A stretch of 53,521 nucleotides of DNA from Anaerolineales bacterium (GTDB lineage: Bacteria; Chloroflexota; Anaerolineae; Anaerolineales; UBA11579). Shown piece after piece: positions 38,261 through 47,744 of this stretch. Position 1 is the first letter of the stretch, and every line of letters begins with the position of its first letter. The position numbers and the translations under genes were made by a program. The stretch lies in contig JAFGRA010000307.1 of NCBI GenBank assembly GCA_016935415.1, positions 1 through 53,521 on the forward strand. The letters are read 5' to 3'. The notes beneath the pieces are model-generated. The model did not search any database. It saw only the letters and a list, made by a program, of their open reading frames with translations, and was not told where the DNA came from.

Positions 38261-40705
38261 ATGCGTTTCGGTTATTTCGATGATGAATTGCGGGAATACG
38301 TAATTAATCAACCGGATACACCACTGCCCTGGATCAATTATCTGGGGTGTGAAAATTATTTTGGAATCATCTCAAATACGGCTGGTGGCTATTCATTTTA
38401 CCGTGATGCCCGCCTGCGCCGCTTGACACGCTATCGCTATAATAACGTGCCTTTTGATGCTGGCGGTCGTTATCTTTATTTGCGGGATGATGACAATGGT
38501 TCCTTTTGGTCACCTACCTGGGCGCCGGTGAAAGCTAGTCTGGATGAATATAGTTGCCGCCACGGGATGGGTTACACGACCATCCATTCGGTCCAAAATC
38601 AGATCGAGGCAACCGCGCGTTATTTTGTGCCGTTGGGTGAAAATCTTGAAATCTGGGAACTAACCCTGACCAATCAGCGAGAAACCGCGGCAACAGTTTC
38701 AGTCTACTCTTGTGTTGAGTTTGCCTTATGGGATGCGTACGACGATATGACCAATTTTCAGCGCAACTTCAACACCGGAGAAGTGGAAGTCGAAGGCAAT
38801 GTGATTTACCACAAAACCGAATATCGAGAAAGGCGCGATCATTTCGCGTATTTTGCCTGTTCGGATGATATGATCGGGTTCGATACGCAGCGTGAAGATT
38901 TCCTGGGCGCGTACCGCGGTTGGGATAATCCCAAAGTGGTAGAGCAGGGATATTCGGAGGATTCGATTGCGCATGGCTGGTCGCCAATTGGCTCCCATCA
39001 TGTTGCCGTCTCGCTGGCGGCTGGAGAATCGCGTAAGGTCATCTTTGTGCTGGGCTATCAGGAAAACCCGAAAGATGAAAAATTCCAGGATGCAGCCCAC
39101 GAGGTTGTGAATAAGAAATCGGTTTACCCCGTGTTGGAGCGTTATCTTGACGCGGTGGAAGTCGAACAGGCATTTACGGCGCTGCGCAATTATTGGGATG
39201 ATCTCTTGCAAATCTTCCAGGTGGCTACTCCAGATGAACACACCAACCGCATGGTGAACGTCTGGACGGCTTATCAGACTATGGTGACCTTTAATCTGTC
39301 GCGCTCGGCTTCATTCTATGAATCCGGTGTGGGGCGGGGGATGGGCTTCCGTGACTCGAACCAGGACTTGCTGGGCGTTGTCCAGTTGATCCCGGAGCGC
39401 GCTCGCGAGCGTATCCTTGATCTTGCCGCGACCCAATTCGAGGATGGTGGTGCTTTCCATCAATACCAGCCGCTAACCAAGCGCGGCAACGACAACGTTG
39501 GCAGCAATTTTAACGACGACCCGTTGTGGATGGTGCTGAGCGTGAACGCCTATGTGAAAGAGACCGGCGATTATGGCATCCTGGATGAGATGGTGCCATT
39601 CCAGAATCAACCGGGCACCGAAGAGACTTTGTTTGAGCATCTGCGGCGCAGCTTACAATATACCCTCGACCGCATTGGGAAACATGGTTTGCCGTTGATC
39701 GGGCGCGCAGACTGGAACGACTGCCTTAACCTGAATACGTTCTCCGAAGAGCCGGGTGAATCTTTCCAGACGACTACTAATAAAGATGGCAAAAATGCCG
39801 AATCGGTGTTTATTGCCGGGTTGTTCGTTGCCGCCGCTAAAGAGATGGCTGGACTCCTTGATTATCTTGGAAAGAGCACCGACGCTGATTTCTATCGCGA
39901 AAAAGCAGAGAGCATGACCCAGGTTACCTTGAAGAATGGTTGGGATGGAAACTGGTTCCTGCGTGCTTACGACGACCTGGGTGACAAAGTTGGTTCGCAA
40001 ACTTGCGAAGAGGGCCAGATCTTTATTGAGCCGCAAGGTTACTGTGTGATGGCCGGGATTGGCCTGGACAATGGCTATGCTCAAAAAGCGCTAGATTCGG
40101 TGGCGGAACGCTTGGCAACCAAGCACGGCATCGTACTGAACCAGCCAGCTTATACACGATACTATCTGAATCTGGGCGAAATCTCTTCTTATCCGCCGGG
40201 TTATAAAGAGAATGCTGGTATTTTCTGCCATTCAAACCCATGGATCGTGATCGCTGAAACGCTGGTAGGAAACGGTGATCGGGCTTTTGAGTATTACAGT
40301 AATAACAACCCTTCCAAGCGCGAGGCCATTAGTGAAATCCACCGCTGCGAGCCATACGTGTATGCCCAGATGATCGCCGGAAAAGATGCTCCGACTCATG
40401 GTGAGGCCAAGAATTCCTGGCTGACCGGAACGGCGGCCTGGAATTATGTGGCAATCACGCAATGGATATTGGGTGTCCGGTCTACACATCAGGGGTTACA
40501 GGTAGCGCCTGTGCTGCCAAGCGATTGGCAAAGTTTTGAAGCTGTCCGCAAACACCGCGGCGTGATCTACGAGATCAAGGTGGATCGCCAAGGGGATGGT
40601 AATCAAGTCAGCCTGGAAGTAGATGGGAAAGCAATTGAAGGCAGCGTGGTCCCATTGCCGGAAGCGGGCGTAACTAAGGTTCAGGTGCGGGTGAACTTGA
40701 AGTAA
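38261..40705 (+). CDS. GH94 cellobiose phosphorylase
   Basis: MRFGYFDD, PWINYLG, GRGMGFRDSNQD, DWNDCLNLN, ESFQTT, KENAGIFCH, KNSWLTGTAAW. Confidence 0.9.
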   Translation: MRFGYFDDELREYVINQPDTPLPWINYLGCENYFGIISNTAGGYSFYRDARLRRLTRYRYNNVPFDAGGRYLYLRDDDNGSFWSPTWAPVKASLDEYSCRHGMGYTTIHSVQNQIEATARYFVPLGENLEIWELTLTNQRETAATVSVYSCVEFALWDAYDDMTNFQRNFNTGEVEVEGNVIYHKTEYRERRDHFAYFACSDDMIGFDTQREDFLGAYRGWDNPKVVEQGYSEDSIAHGWSPIGSHHVAVSLAAGESRKVIFVLGYQENPKDEKFQDAAHEVVNKKSVYPVLERYLDAVEVEQAFTALRNYWDDLLQIFQVATPDEHTNRMVNVWTAYQTMVTFNLSRSASFYESGVGRGMGFRDSNQDLLGVVQLIPERARERILDLAATQFEDGGAFHQYQPLTKRGNDNVGSNFNDDPLWMVLSVNAYVKETGDYGILDEMVPFQNQPGTEETLFEHLRRSLQYTLDRIGKHGLPLIGRADWNDCLNLNTFSEEPGESFQTTTNKDGKNAESVFIAGLFVAAAKEMAGLLDYLGKSTDADFYREKAESMTQVTLKNGWDGNWFLRAYDDLGDKVGSQTCEEGQIFIEPQGYCVMAGIGLDNGYAQKALDSVAERLATKHGIVLNQPAYTRYYLNLGEISSYPPGYKENAGIFCHSNPWIVIAETLVGNGDRAFEYYSNNNPSKREAISEIHRCEPYVYAQMIAGKDAPTHGEAKNSWLTGTAAWNYVAITQWILGVRSTHQGLQVAPVLPSDWQSFEAVRKHRGVIYEIKVDRQGDGNQVSLEVDGKAIEGSVVPLPEAGVTKVQVRVNLK

Positions 40706-41052
40706 ACTCTCGATACTGGAACTTGAAACGAAATAACCACACAGTATAATTGGATAGAGTGACCGGGCGGCATTGGCCGCTCGATCATTTTAAATGACAA
40801 AACACCACTAGAGGAGGGGGCATAACCCAACCGGGGACGGATGTCTGGATAGCCGGAATTTTCTATACTGGAACTGGCCTAAGATTGAGTTCAGGGTTCT
40901 TGTAACCCATCTAAACATCTTTACGATGACAACTGAAAATTGATCCGCCTAACCGGTGTCGATTTGTCGTTCACATGAAGGAGGTGCCGCGCCGAAAATA
41001 CACCTTATCTATTTTGATTCCTAATTAACAAAATTCACTTAAGGAGAAGAAT

Positions 41053-42873
41053 GTGAACAAGAAAATTAGTCTAGTCTTTGCGTTAATTATGATTTTAAGC
41101 CTGGTGCTCTCGGCCTGTGCAGCGCCGGAACCCGAGACCATCATTGAGACGGTAGTGGTTGAGCGGGGAAGTGAGACCGTGATTGAAACCGTTGTTGTCG
41201 AAGTTCCTCAGGAAGAAGATATGGGGGAAATGGATCAGCCGGTGACTTACGACGGCTATTCGACTACGGATATCCCCACGCTCGACCCGCAGGTTGGAGA
41301 GGATAAGGTCTCGATCGACTATATTGAGAACCTGTTCGTGCAATTGACCAATTACGATTTGGTTACCAATGAAATTGTGCCGGAAGCTGCTACCAATTGG
41401 TCGGTAAGCGAAGATGGCCTGGTTTGGACGTTTAATTTGCGTACCGACATTCCCTGGGTTTACCATGTGCCTGGCGGAGGGACAACCCAAGACGTAGACG
41501 TTGATGGTAATCTGCTTTTCGTTAACGCAGGCGATTTTGAATATGGTATCAAGCGCGCTTGTGATCCGAATATTGGCTCTGCCTATTCTGCGATCATTGC
41601 GCCGCTCATCAAGGGCTGTAATGATGTGTTGAATTATGAAGATCCGGCGAATGTTCCCCCAGAGATGTATGATGCGATTGGGGTCAGCGCGCAAGCGGAT
41701 GATACCCTGGTCGTGGAACTTGAATTCCCGGCCGGATATTTCCTGTCCATGACCCCGATGTGGACGCTGGCGGCAGTGCCGCAGTGGGTAATTGAAGAGC
41801 ATGGCGAGCAATGGGTCGAGGCTGGTTTTGTGGTGACCAGCGGGCGATATGTGCTTGACGAATGGGTGCATGGTGTTCGCCGCCGTATTGTTCGTAATCC
41901 TTTGATGCCTGCCGATATGATTGGCAGCGGCAATATCGAAGCATACGATGTTAATGTTGTTCCAGATACGAGCACCGGTTATGCATTGTGGTTGAATAAT
42001 GAAGTTGATGTGGCCGGGATCCCGGATGCCGAATTGCAAGCCCATCTCGAGCAATTCCCGGATGAGACCGTTCAAATTGCTAATCTGACGGTGTATTACA
42101 TCGGTTTTCGCATGACCAAGCCGCCGTTCGATGACGCGCGCGTGCGCCGGGCGTTCAGCGCTGCTTTCGACCGCGAAACCTATGTCGATGTCATCAACCA
42201 GGGACAAGGTTTGCCGATGAAGCACTTTGCCCCTCCAGGGATTTTTGGCGCACCGCCGATTGATGAAGTGGGGGTAGGCTTCGACCCTGAATTTGCTGCT
42301 GCGCAGTTGGCCGAAGCGGGATATCCAAACTGTGAAGGTTTCCCCACGGTTACGCTCTTGGGATATTCCGGGCAGAATACATTGAATGAGATCGAATATG
42401 CGCAGGGGCAGTGGTCTGAAAACCTGGGTTGTGATCCGGAGAAGATCATCATCGAGCAGCAATCATTCGCCGAACTGCTGGATTCGACCTCTGTGGATAC
42501 CCCGGATGAAGATGCCCCACATATGTGGACACTGGGTTGGGGACCGGACTATGCCGATGAAAATAACTGGGTCGGTGATGTGTTGTGGTGTGAGGGCGAT
42601 GTGCGCTTCAAGCGCACCTGCAACGACATCGACGATCTGATCGAGCAAGCCCGCATCGAATCTGATCCGGCAGTACGGGCTGACCTATATTACCAGATCG
42701 AAGAGATGTTCTTCGGCGCAGAAGGCGAGTTCCCCTTCATGCCCACCGATTTGAATATCAACTATGCTGCTGAACATACCTGGGTCGAACGCATTGTGGC
42801 CTTGTTTGGTGGGGAACAATGGTACAACTGGTCGATAGATTGGGAGGCTAAACTGGCCGCTCTTGGTGAGTGA
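41053..42873 (+). CDS. OppA-like ABC substrate-binding lipoprotein (family 5), copy 1
   Basis: Lipobox LSAC, TLDPQ, SEDGLVWTFNLR, PFDDARVRRAFS, GWGPDY. Confidence 0.9.
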   Translation: MNKKISLVFALIMILSLVLSACAAPEPETIIETVVVERGSETVIETVVVEVPQEEDMGEMDQPVTYDGYSTTDIPTLDPQVGEDKVSIDYIENLFVQLTNYDLVTNEIVPEAATNWSVSEDGLVWTFNLRTDIPWVYHVPGGGTTQDVDVDGNLLFVNAGDFEYGIKRACDPNIGSAYSAIIAPLIKGCNDVLNYEDPANVPPEMYDAIGVSAQADDTLVVELEFPAGYFLSMTPMWTLAAVPQWVIEEHGEQWVEAGFVVTSGRYVLDEWVHGVRRRIVRNPLMPADMIGSGNIEAYDVNVVPDTSTGYALWLNNEVDVAGIPDAELQAHLEQFPDETVQIANLTVYYIGFRMTKPPFDDARVRRAFSAAFDRETYVDVINQGQGLPMKHFAPPGIFGAPPIDEVGVGFDPEFAAAQLAEAGYPNCEGFPTVTLLGYSGQNTLNEIEYAQGQWSENLGCDPEKIIIEQQSFAELLDSTSVDTPDEDAPHMWTLGWGPDYADENNWVGDVLWCEGDVRFKRTCNDIDDLIEQARIESDPAVRADLYYQIEEMFFGAEGEFPFMPTDLNINYAAEHTWVERIVALFGGEQWYNWSIDWEAKLAALGE

Positions 42874-42887
42874 ACCAGACATGCCAA

Positions 42888-42918
42888 GATTGGGGGCAGC
42901 CCCTGACTGCCCCCAATC
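42888..42918 (+). terminator. Hairpin/terminator after copy 1
   Basis: GATTGGGGGCAG...CTGCCCCCAATC 12-bp stem; a second hairpin at 42943-42966 is followed by a T-rich run. Confidence 0.65.
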
Positions 42919-43323
42919 GCTTTGGTCCGTAATCTTTTAGCATTGCCGGAAGCGAATCTCCGGCAGTGTTTTGTTTAATGTGAAAAAATACTCCGTTTAT
43001 TGTCCTATGACAGGCTGGCGTGTGGATAGAAAACAATACTGTGGTAGGGGGTATGTCTATTCTGTGGGGTGGTGTTTTATCTGAGTTGATTATTTATACT
43101 CAAATTGTAATCAGGGAAATTGGGTCTTATATCTATTAAGTGAAGATGTAGACCCAAATGATTTCATTAGATCCGAGTGAATATAAACGGCCTTTTGGGC
43201 CAATTAGGTATTTGCTTGGATGTGATCACGCTCAGAATGGAGGTGTACCAATCGAAAAAACAGAAAATTTAATAGACTCATGCGTCGAAATTTTAAAAAC
43301 TTTACAAACGTAAGGAGAAGAAC

Positions 43324-45144
43324 GTGAAGAGAAAAGGTATTCCGCTTTTAATTGTCCTGGTAATGATTGGTAGTGTCATTCTTTCTGCATGCCAGGCAGA
43401 ACCAGAAACTGTTGTTGTTACCCAAGTTGTCGAGGTTGAAGGTGAACCCGTTGTTATCACTCAGGTTGTCGAAGTTCCTCAGGAGGAAGATATGGAGGAA
43501 ATGGAACAGCCGGTGACGATGGATGCGTTTTCTACGACGGACATCCCGACCCTTGACCCACAGGTTGGTGAGGACGCGGTTTCGATCAACTATATCGAGA
43601 ACCTCTTCGTGCATTTAACCAATTACGATCTGGTGACCAGCGAGGTTGTTCCTGAAGCTGCCACGGAATGGTCGGTAAGTGAGAATGGCTTGACCTGGAC
43701 CTTTACCCTGCGCACGGATATCCCCTGGGTGTATCATGTGCCCGGTGGTGAGACCACGCAGGTTGTTGACGAAGAAGGTAACCCCCGCTTCGTAACTGCG
43801 CATGATTTCGAGTACGGTATCAAGCGCGCTTGTGATCCTAACATTGGTTCATACTACAGCACGGTTGTTGCTCCGGTTATCAAAGGCTGCAGCGATGTTT
43901 TGGGCTACGAAGATCCCGCCAATATCCCCGCCGAGTTGGTGGATGCGATCGGTGTGTCGGCAACAGCTGATGACACGCTGGTAATCGAGCTTGAATTCCC
44001 TGCCGGTTACTTCCTCTCCATGACTCCGATGTGGACGTTGGCTGCCAGCCCGCAATGGGCTATCGAAGAAATTGGCGAGCAGTGGATTGAAGCTGGCTAC
44101 ATTGTGACCAATGGCCGTTACGTGTTGGATGAGTGGGTACATGGCGTGCGTCGTAAGATCATGCGCAACCCGCTTATGCCTGCCGATATGGCCGGCGATG
44201 GTAATATCGAGGTCATGGTTGCCAATGTCGTCCCGGATGCAAGCACTGGTTACGCGCTGTGGCTGAACGGCGAGGTGGACTTCATCGACTTGATCCCGGA
44301 TGCAGAAGTTGAAGCGCATTTGGCACAATTCCCTGATGAAACCATCCAGATTGCCGACCTGGCTGTTTTCTATATCGCTTTCCGTATGACCAAGCCGCCG
44401 TTCGACGACGTGCACGTACGTCGGGCGTTTGGGGCTGCTTTCGATCGTGAGACCTATGTCAACGAAGTGATCCTTGGGCAAGGTGTTCCGATGAAACACT
44501 TTGCGCCTCCTGGAATCTTCGGCGCTCCGCCGATCGACGAAGTTGGTGTTGGCTATGATCCTGAATTCGCAGCGGCTGAACTGGCGGAAGCCGGTTACCC
44601 GAATTGCGAAGGTTTCCCGCAGGTTACTATCCTGGGTTACAGCGGCCAGCGCACGTTAAGCTGGATCGAATACGCTCAGGGCCAGTGGGAACAAAATCTG
44701 GGTTGCTCGGCTGATACGATCGTGATCGAGCAGCAGACCTTTGCCGAACTTTTGGCCTCGACCGCACAAGACCAGCCAGACGAAACCGTGCCGCATATGT
44801 GGACGCTCGCCTGGGGCCCGGACTACGCTGACGAGAACAACTGGGTCGGTGACGTGTTATGGTGCGAGAGTGAAAACCGCTCCAAGCGCTCCTGCAATGA
44901 GATCGATGATCTGATCCTGCAAGCTCGCGAGGAGCCAGATCAGGCTGTCCGTGCAGAACTGTACCGCCAGGTCGAGGAAGACTTCTTCGGTCCAGAAGGT
45001 GAATATCCGTTCTTCCCGGTCTATCTGCGCATTCAGTATGCGGCGAACCAAACCTGGTTGTCACGCATTCCTGCCTTGTTTGGTGGTCAACAATGGTACA
45101 ACTGGGATATCGATTGGGAAGCCAAGCAAGCCGGCTTGCAGTAG
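43324..45144 (+). CDS. OppA-like ABC substrate-binding lipoprotein, copy 2
   Basis: Lipobox LSAC; collinear paralog of copy 1, also 606 aa. Confidence 0.9.
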   Translation: MKRKGIPLLIVLVMIGSVILSACQAEPETVVVTQVVEVEGEPVVITQVVEVPQEEDMEEMEQPVTMDAFSTTDIPTLDPQVGEDAVSINYIENLFVHLTNYDLVTSEVVPEAATEWSVSENGLTWTFTLRTDIPWVYHVPGGETTQVVDEEGNPRFVTAHDFEYGIKRACDPNIGSYYSTVVAPVIKGCSDVLGYEDPANIPAELVDAIGVSATADDTLVIELEFPAGYFLSMTPMWTLAASPQWAIEEIGEQWIEAGYIVTNGRYVLDEWVHGVRRKIMRNPLMPADMAGDGNIEVMVANVVPDASTGYALWLNGEVDFIDLIPDAEVEAHLAQFPDETIQIADLAVFYIAFRMTKPPFDDVHVRRAFGAAFDRETYVNEVILGQGVPMKHFAPPGIFGAPPIDEVGVGYDPEFAAAELAEAGYPNCEGFPQVTILGYSGQRTLSWIEYAQGQWEQNLGCSADTIVIEQQTFAELLASTAQDQPDETVPHMWTLAWGPDYADENNWVGDVLWCESENRSKRSCNEIDDLILQAREEPDQAVRAELYRQVEEDFFGPEGEYPFFPVYLRIQYAANQTWLSRIPALFGGQQWYNWDIDWEAKQAGLQ

Positions 45145-45168
45145 AAATCCACAGGTAATTAGTTTTAT

Positions 45169-45202
45169 ATTAGGGTGCGGCAGATGCTGCACCCTAATTT
45201 TT
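45169..45202 (+). terminator. Intrinsic terminator
   Basis: ATTAGGGTGCGGC...GCTGCACCCTAAT followed by TTTT. Confidence 0.8.
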
Positions 45203-45278
45203 CTTATCACATATTATCAATCCTGTCAGGAGAATTTGGCGATTTCGGACGAGTTATTAATCCAAATTACCCTGTCAG

Positions 45279-46841
45279 GTGTATATAAAATATGAAGGTG
45301 TCTTACTGATCAAAGAAAAACGAGTTGAAAATAATGTTATGGCCTGGTTAGCTGACCGAAAAATCATTCCCGTACACCAACTGCGCTGGAAGCTCACCCT
45401 GAGTTATACCGCAGTCACGGTGGGTGTGTTGCTGGTGATAGAACTGATCGTGATCGCTGGTGTGTTTGCCTACTTTATTTCCAACGCCAGGTTGTCGCCG
45501 GAAGGCGTGCTCCAGGAATTGAACAGCGGCTGGGTGCCGCTTGCCCAGCCTTACCTTTCCGAAGACCCGCCGGATATTGAAGGGTTGCAAAATTTCCTGC
45601 AGCAGTTCTTAGGCTCCCAGGTGGATACCGACCCGCTGGTGATCACCGGAAGTTTAGAACTGGAATTGAAAAGTTATAACTTCTTGAGTGTGATTTTCGT
45701 CGATGCTGAAGGGAATCCAGTTGGCGCAATCCCGCATGATATTCTTGAGGGTTCTGACGAAACATCATTGTTTGGGCTGGAAGCTGTGGCGGGATTGGAA
45801 GGTCATTTGCAATTGGCCCTGGAAGGTGAACGCGATAGCTCTCAGTTGTATTCCGTCCAGGAACCGGATAATCGCGTGGTTGGTGCGATCCCAATTTATC
45901 ACGAAAACGATGCCTCAAAAGTGGTGGGTGCGCTGGTGTTTACGACCAAGTCGATTCCCTGGGGGCTGCTGCCGATCAAGGAGATCATTCGCCAATTCGG
46001 GTATAGCTTTTTGATCATTACGCTGGCCGTTGGTTTGTTGGGTACGGCTTTTGGTTCGCTCACGGCCAGGAGTCTGGTGAAACGCTTGCATAATTTGTCC
46101 GATTCTGCGCGCGCCTGGAGCCAGGGCGATTTCTCGATTTCGGTAGATGATGCAGCGGAGGATGAATTGGGCCTTTTGGCCCAGGATTTGAACAGTATGG
46201 CTGGCCAGTTGGAAGACTTGCTCAATAAGCGCGAGGAAATGTCCATAATCGAGGAGCGCAGCCGCCTGGCGCGTGACCTGCATGACAGCGTCAAGCAGCA
46301 AGCTTTCGCAGCGTCGGCTCAACTTGGGGCTGCAATTGCGCGCCTGAAAAATGATCCGACCTCCGCAGAGACGCATGTGGTCGAAGCCGAACGTTTGGTG
46401 TATGAAGTGCGCCAGGAACTGACTGATTTGATCCGTGAACTGCATCCGGTGGCCTTGAAGGACAGTAGCTTAGCCCCGGCGATTCGGGAATATGCCGGCG
46501 ACTGGGCGGCACAAAAAGATATTGAAATCGATGTGCAGGTGAAAGGGGAACGGCCGTTGTCGGTCGAGATCGAACAAGCCTTGTTCAGGATTGCCCAGGA
46601 AGCACTCGCTAATATTGCCCGGCACAGCGAGGCGAAGCGGGTAGGTATTTGCTTGTACTATCAAAAAAGTGAAGTATTGCTGAAAATAGAGGATGATGGC
46701 ATTGGCTTCGAACCGCTTTCAGCCAACGGCGGCTTGGGCCTGCGTTCGATGCGAGAGCGCTGTGAATTGTTAGGCGGCAACATAACTATCGAAAGTGCAC
46801 CTGGGAACGGTACCTGTATCCAGGCGCGTTGTGTAATCTAG
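45279..46841 (+). CDS. Membrane sensor histidine kinase (HAMP, HisKA_3)
   Basis: Two TMs, DELG, ERSRLARDLHDSVKQ, QEALANIARHS, DDGIGF, GLGL; start uncertain (possibly 45339). Confidence 0.92.
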   Translation: MYIKYEGVLLIKEKRVENNVMAWLADRKIIPVHQLRWKLTLSYTAVTVGVLLVIELIVIAGVFAYFISNARLSPEGVLQELNSGWVPLAQPYLSEDPPDIEGLQNFLQQFLGSQVDTDPLVITGSLELELKSYNFLSVIFVDAEGNPVGAIPHDILEGSDETSLFGLEAVAGLEGHLQLALEGERDSSQLYSVQEPDNRVVGAIPIYHENDASKVVGALVFTTKSIPWGLLPIKEIIRQFGYSFLIITLAVGLLGTAFGSLTARSLVKRLHNLSDSARAWSQGDFSISVDDAAEDELGLLAQDLNSMAGQLEDLLNKREEMSIIEERSRLARDLHDSVKQQAFAASAQLGAAIARLKNDPTSAETHVVEAERLVYEVRQELTDLIRELHPVALKDSSLAPAIREYAGDWAAQKDIEIDVQVKGERPLSVEIEQALFRIAQEALANIARHSEAKRVGICLYYQKSEVLLKIEDDGIGFEPLSANGGLGLRSMRERCELLGGNITIESAPGNGTCIQARCVI

Positions 46842-46850
46842 GATATAAAA

Positions 46851-47504
46851 ATGAATGACCCAATTAGTGTATTGATCGTTGATGACCATGAAGTTGTGCG
46901 CCAGGGGGTGCGTGCTTATCTGGATGCGCAGGCTGATTTCGACGTGATCGCCGAAGCTTCAACCGGGAGGAAGGCTGTAGAGATCAGCGCTGAGCATGTC
47001 CCGGACGTGGTGCTCATGGATTTAGTGATGAGTGAGATGGACGGTGTCGAAGCAACGCGGCAGGTAAAAAGTGTCAGCCCGCGTTCACAGATCGTTGTAT
47101 TAACTTCTTATCATCAGGATGAGTATATTTTCCCGGCGTTACAAGCCGGGGCAATTTCTTACATTATCAAAGATGTGAAGATGGATGAGTTGGCGGCTGC
47201 TATCCGGCGGGCGGCGAGTGGAGAAGCCACGCTGCACCCGCGCATTGCCAGCCGAGTGATTCAGGAACTGCAAAACACCAACCACGAGAGCCGCAATCCC
47301 TACACCACGCTCACTGAGCGGGAGTTGGATGTCTTGAAATTGATCGCACAGGGCATGCCGAACAGCCAGATCGCCAGCGAATTGGTAATCAGCGAAAATA
47401 CCGTGAAGGGGCATGTGAGCAATATCCTCAGTAAGTTGCAATTGGCAGACCGCACCCAGGCGGCGGTATACGCCTGGCAGAGCGGGATCGTGAGAAGAGA
47501 GTAA
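46851..47504 (+). CDS. NarL/LiaR-family response regulator
   Basis: VDDH, DVVLMD, LTERELDVL...TVKGHVSNIL LuxR HTH. Confidence 0.95.
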   Translation: MNDPISVLIVDDHEVVRQGVRAYLDAQADFDVIAEASTGRKAVEISAEHVPDVVLMDLVMSEMDGVEATRQVKSVSPRSQIVVLTSYHQDEYIFPALQAGAISYIIKDVKMDELAAAIRRAASGEATLHPRIASRVIQELQNTNHESRNPYTTLTERELDVLKLIAQGMPNSQIASELVISENTVKGHVSNILSKLQLADRTQAAVYAWQSGIVRRE

Positions 47505-47547
47505 GTTGAAAGCGTACTGCGTATAGTCACATATTCGAGTTGTAGAC

Positions 47548-47603
47548 TGCAAGATGCAGGATGCAAGAAGGTAAATTATAAGTTAGAAATTACAAATAAC
47601 GAA
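47548..47603. repeat. Degenerate 7-nt periodic tandem repeat
   Basis: TGCAAGA TGCAGGA TGCAAGA AGGTAAA TTATAAG TTAGAAA TTACAAA TAACGAA. Confidence 0.5.
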
Positions 47604-47717
47604 GAGTGTACATCTCTTGCTTATGCTGAGAGTTGATTATTGAAAGTTACATTCTTTTTATAGTCGAAATTCGTAATGGGGAGAAATATGTGGTAGGGTG
47701 ACGGTTCGATGTGGACC

Positions 47718-47737
47718 GTATATCATATATGATATAC
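47718..47737. promoter_or_regulatory. Perfect 20-bp palindrome, probable GntR operator overlapping an extended -10
   Basis: GTATATCATATATGATATAC; TGaTATACT ends 6 nt before GTG 47745. Confidence 0.75.
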
Positions 47738-47744
47738 TTCGCTT

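Noticed and set aside
40800-40970. TPP, lysine, SAM or c-di-GMP riboswitch, or T-box
   Set aside because: Only short chance resemblances; core consensus elements are absent
41095-42462. 455-aa antisense ORF, and similar ones at 43849-44499 and 48844-49590
   Set aside because: They lie entirely opposite well-supported genes, show no recognisable motifs, and are explained as codon-bias shadows
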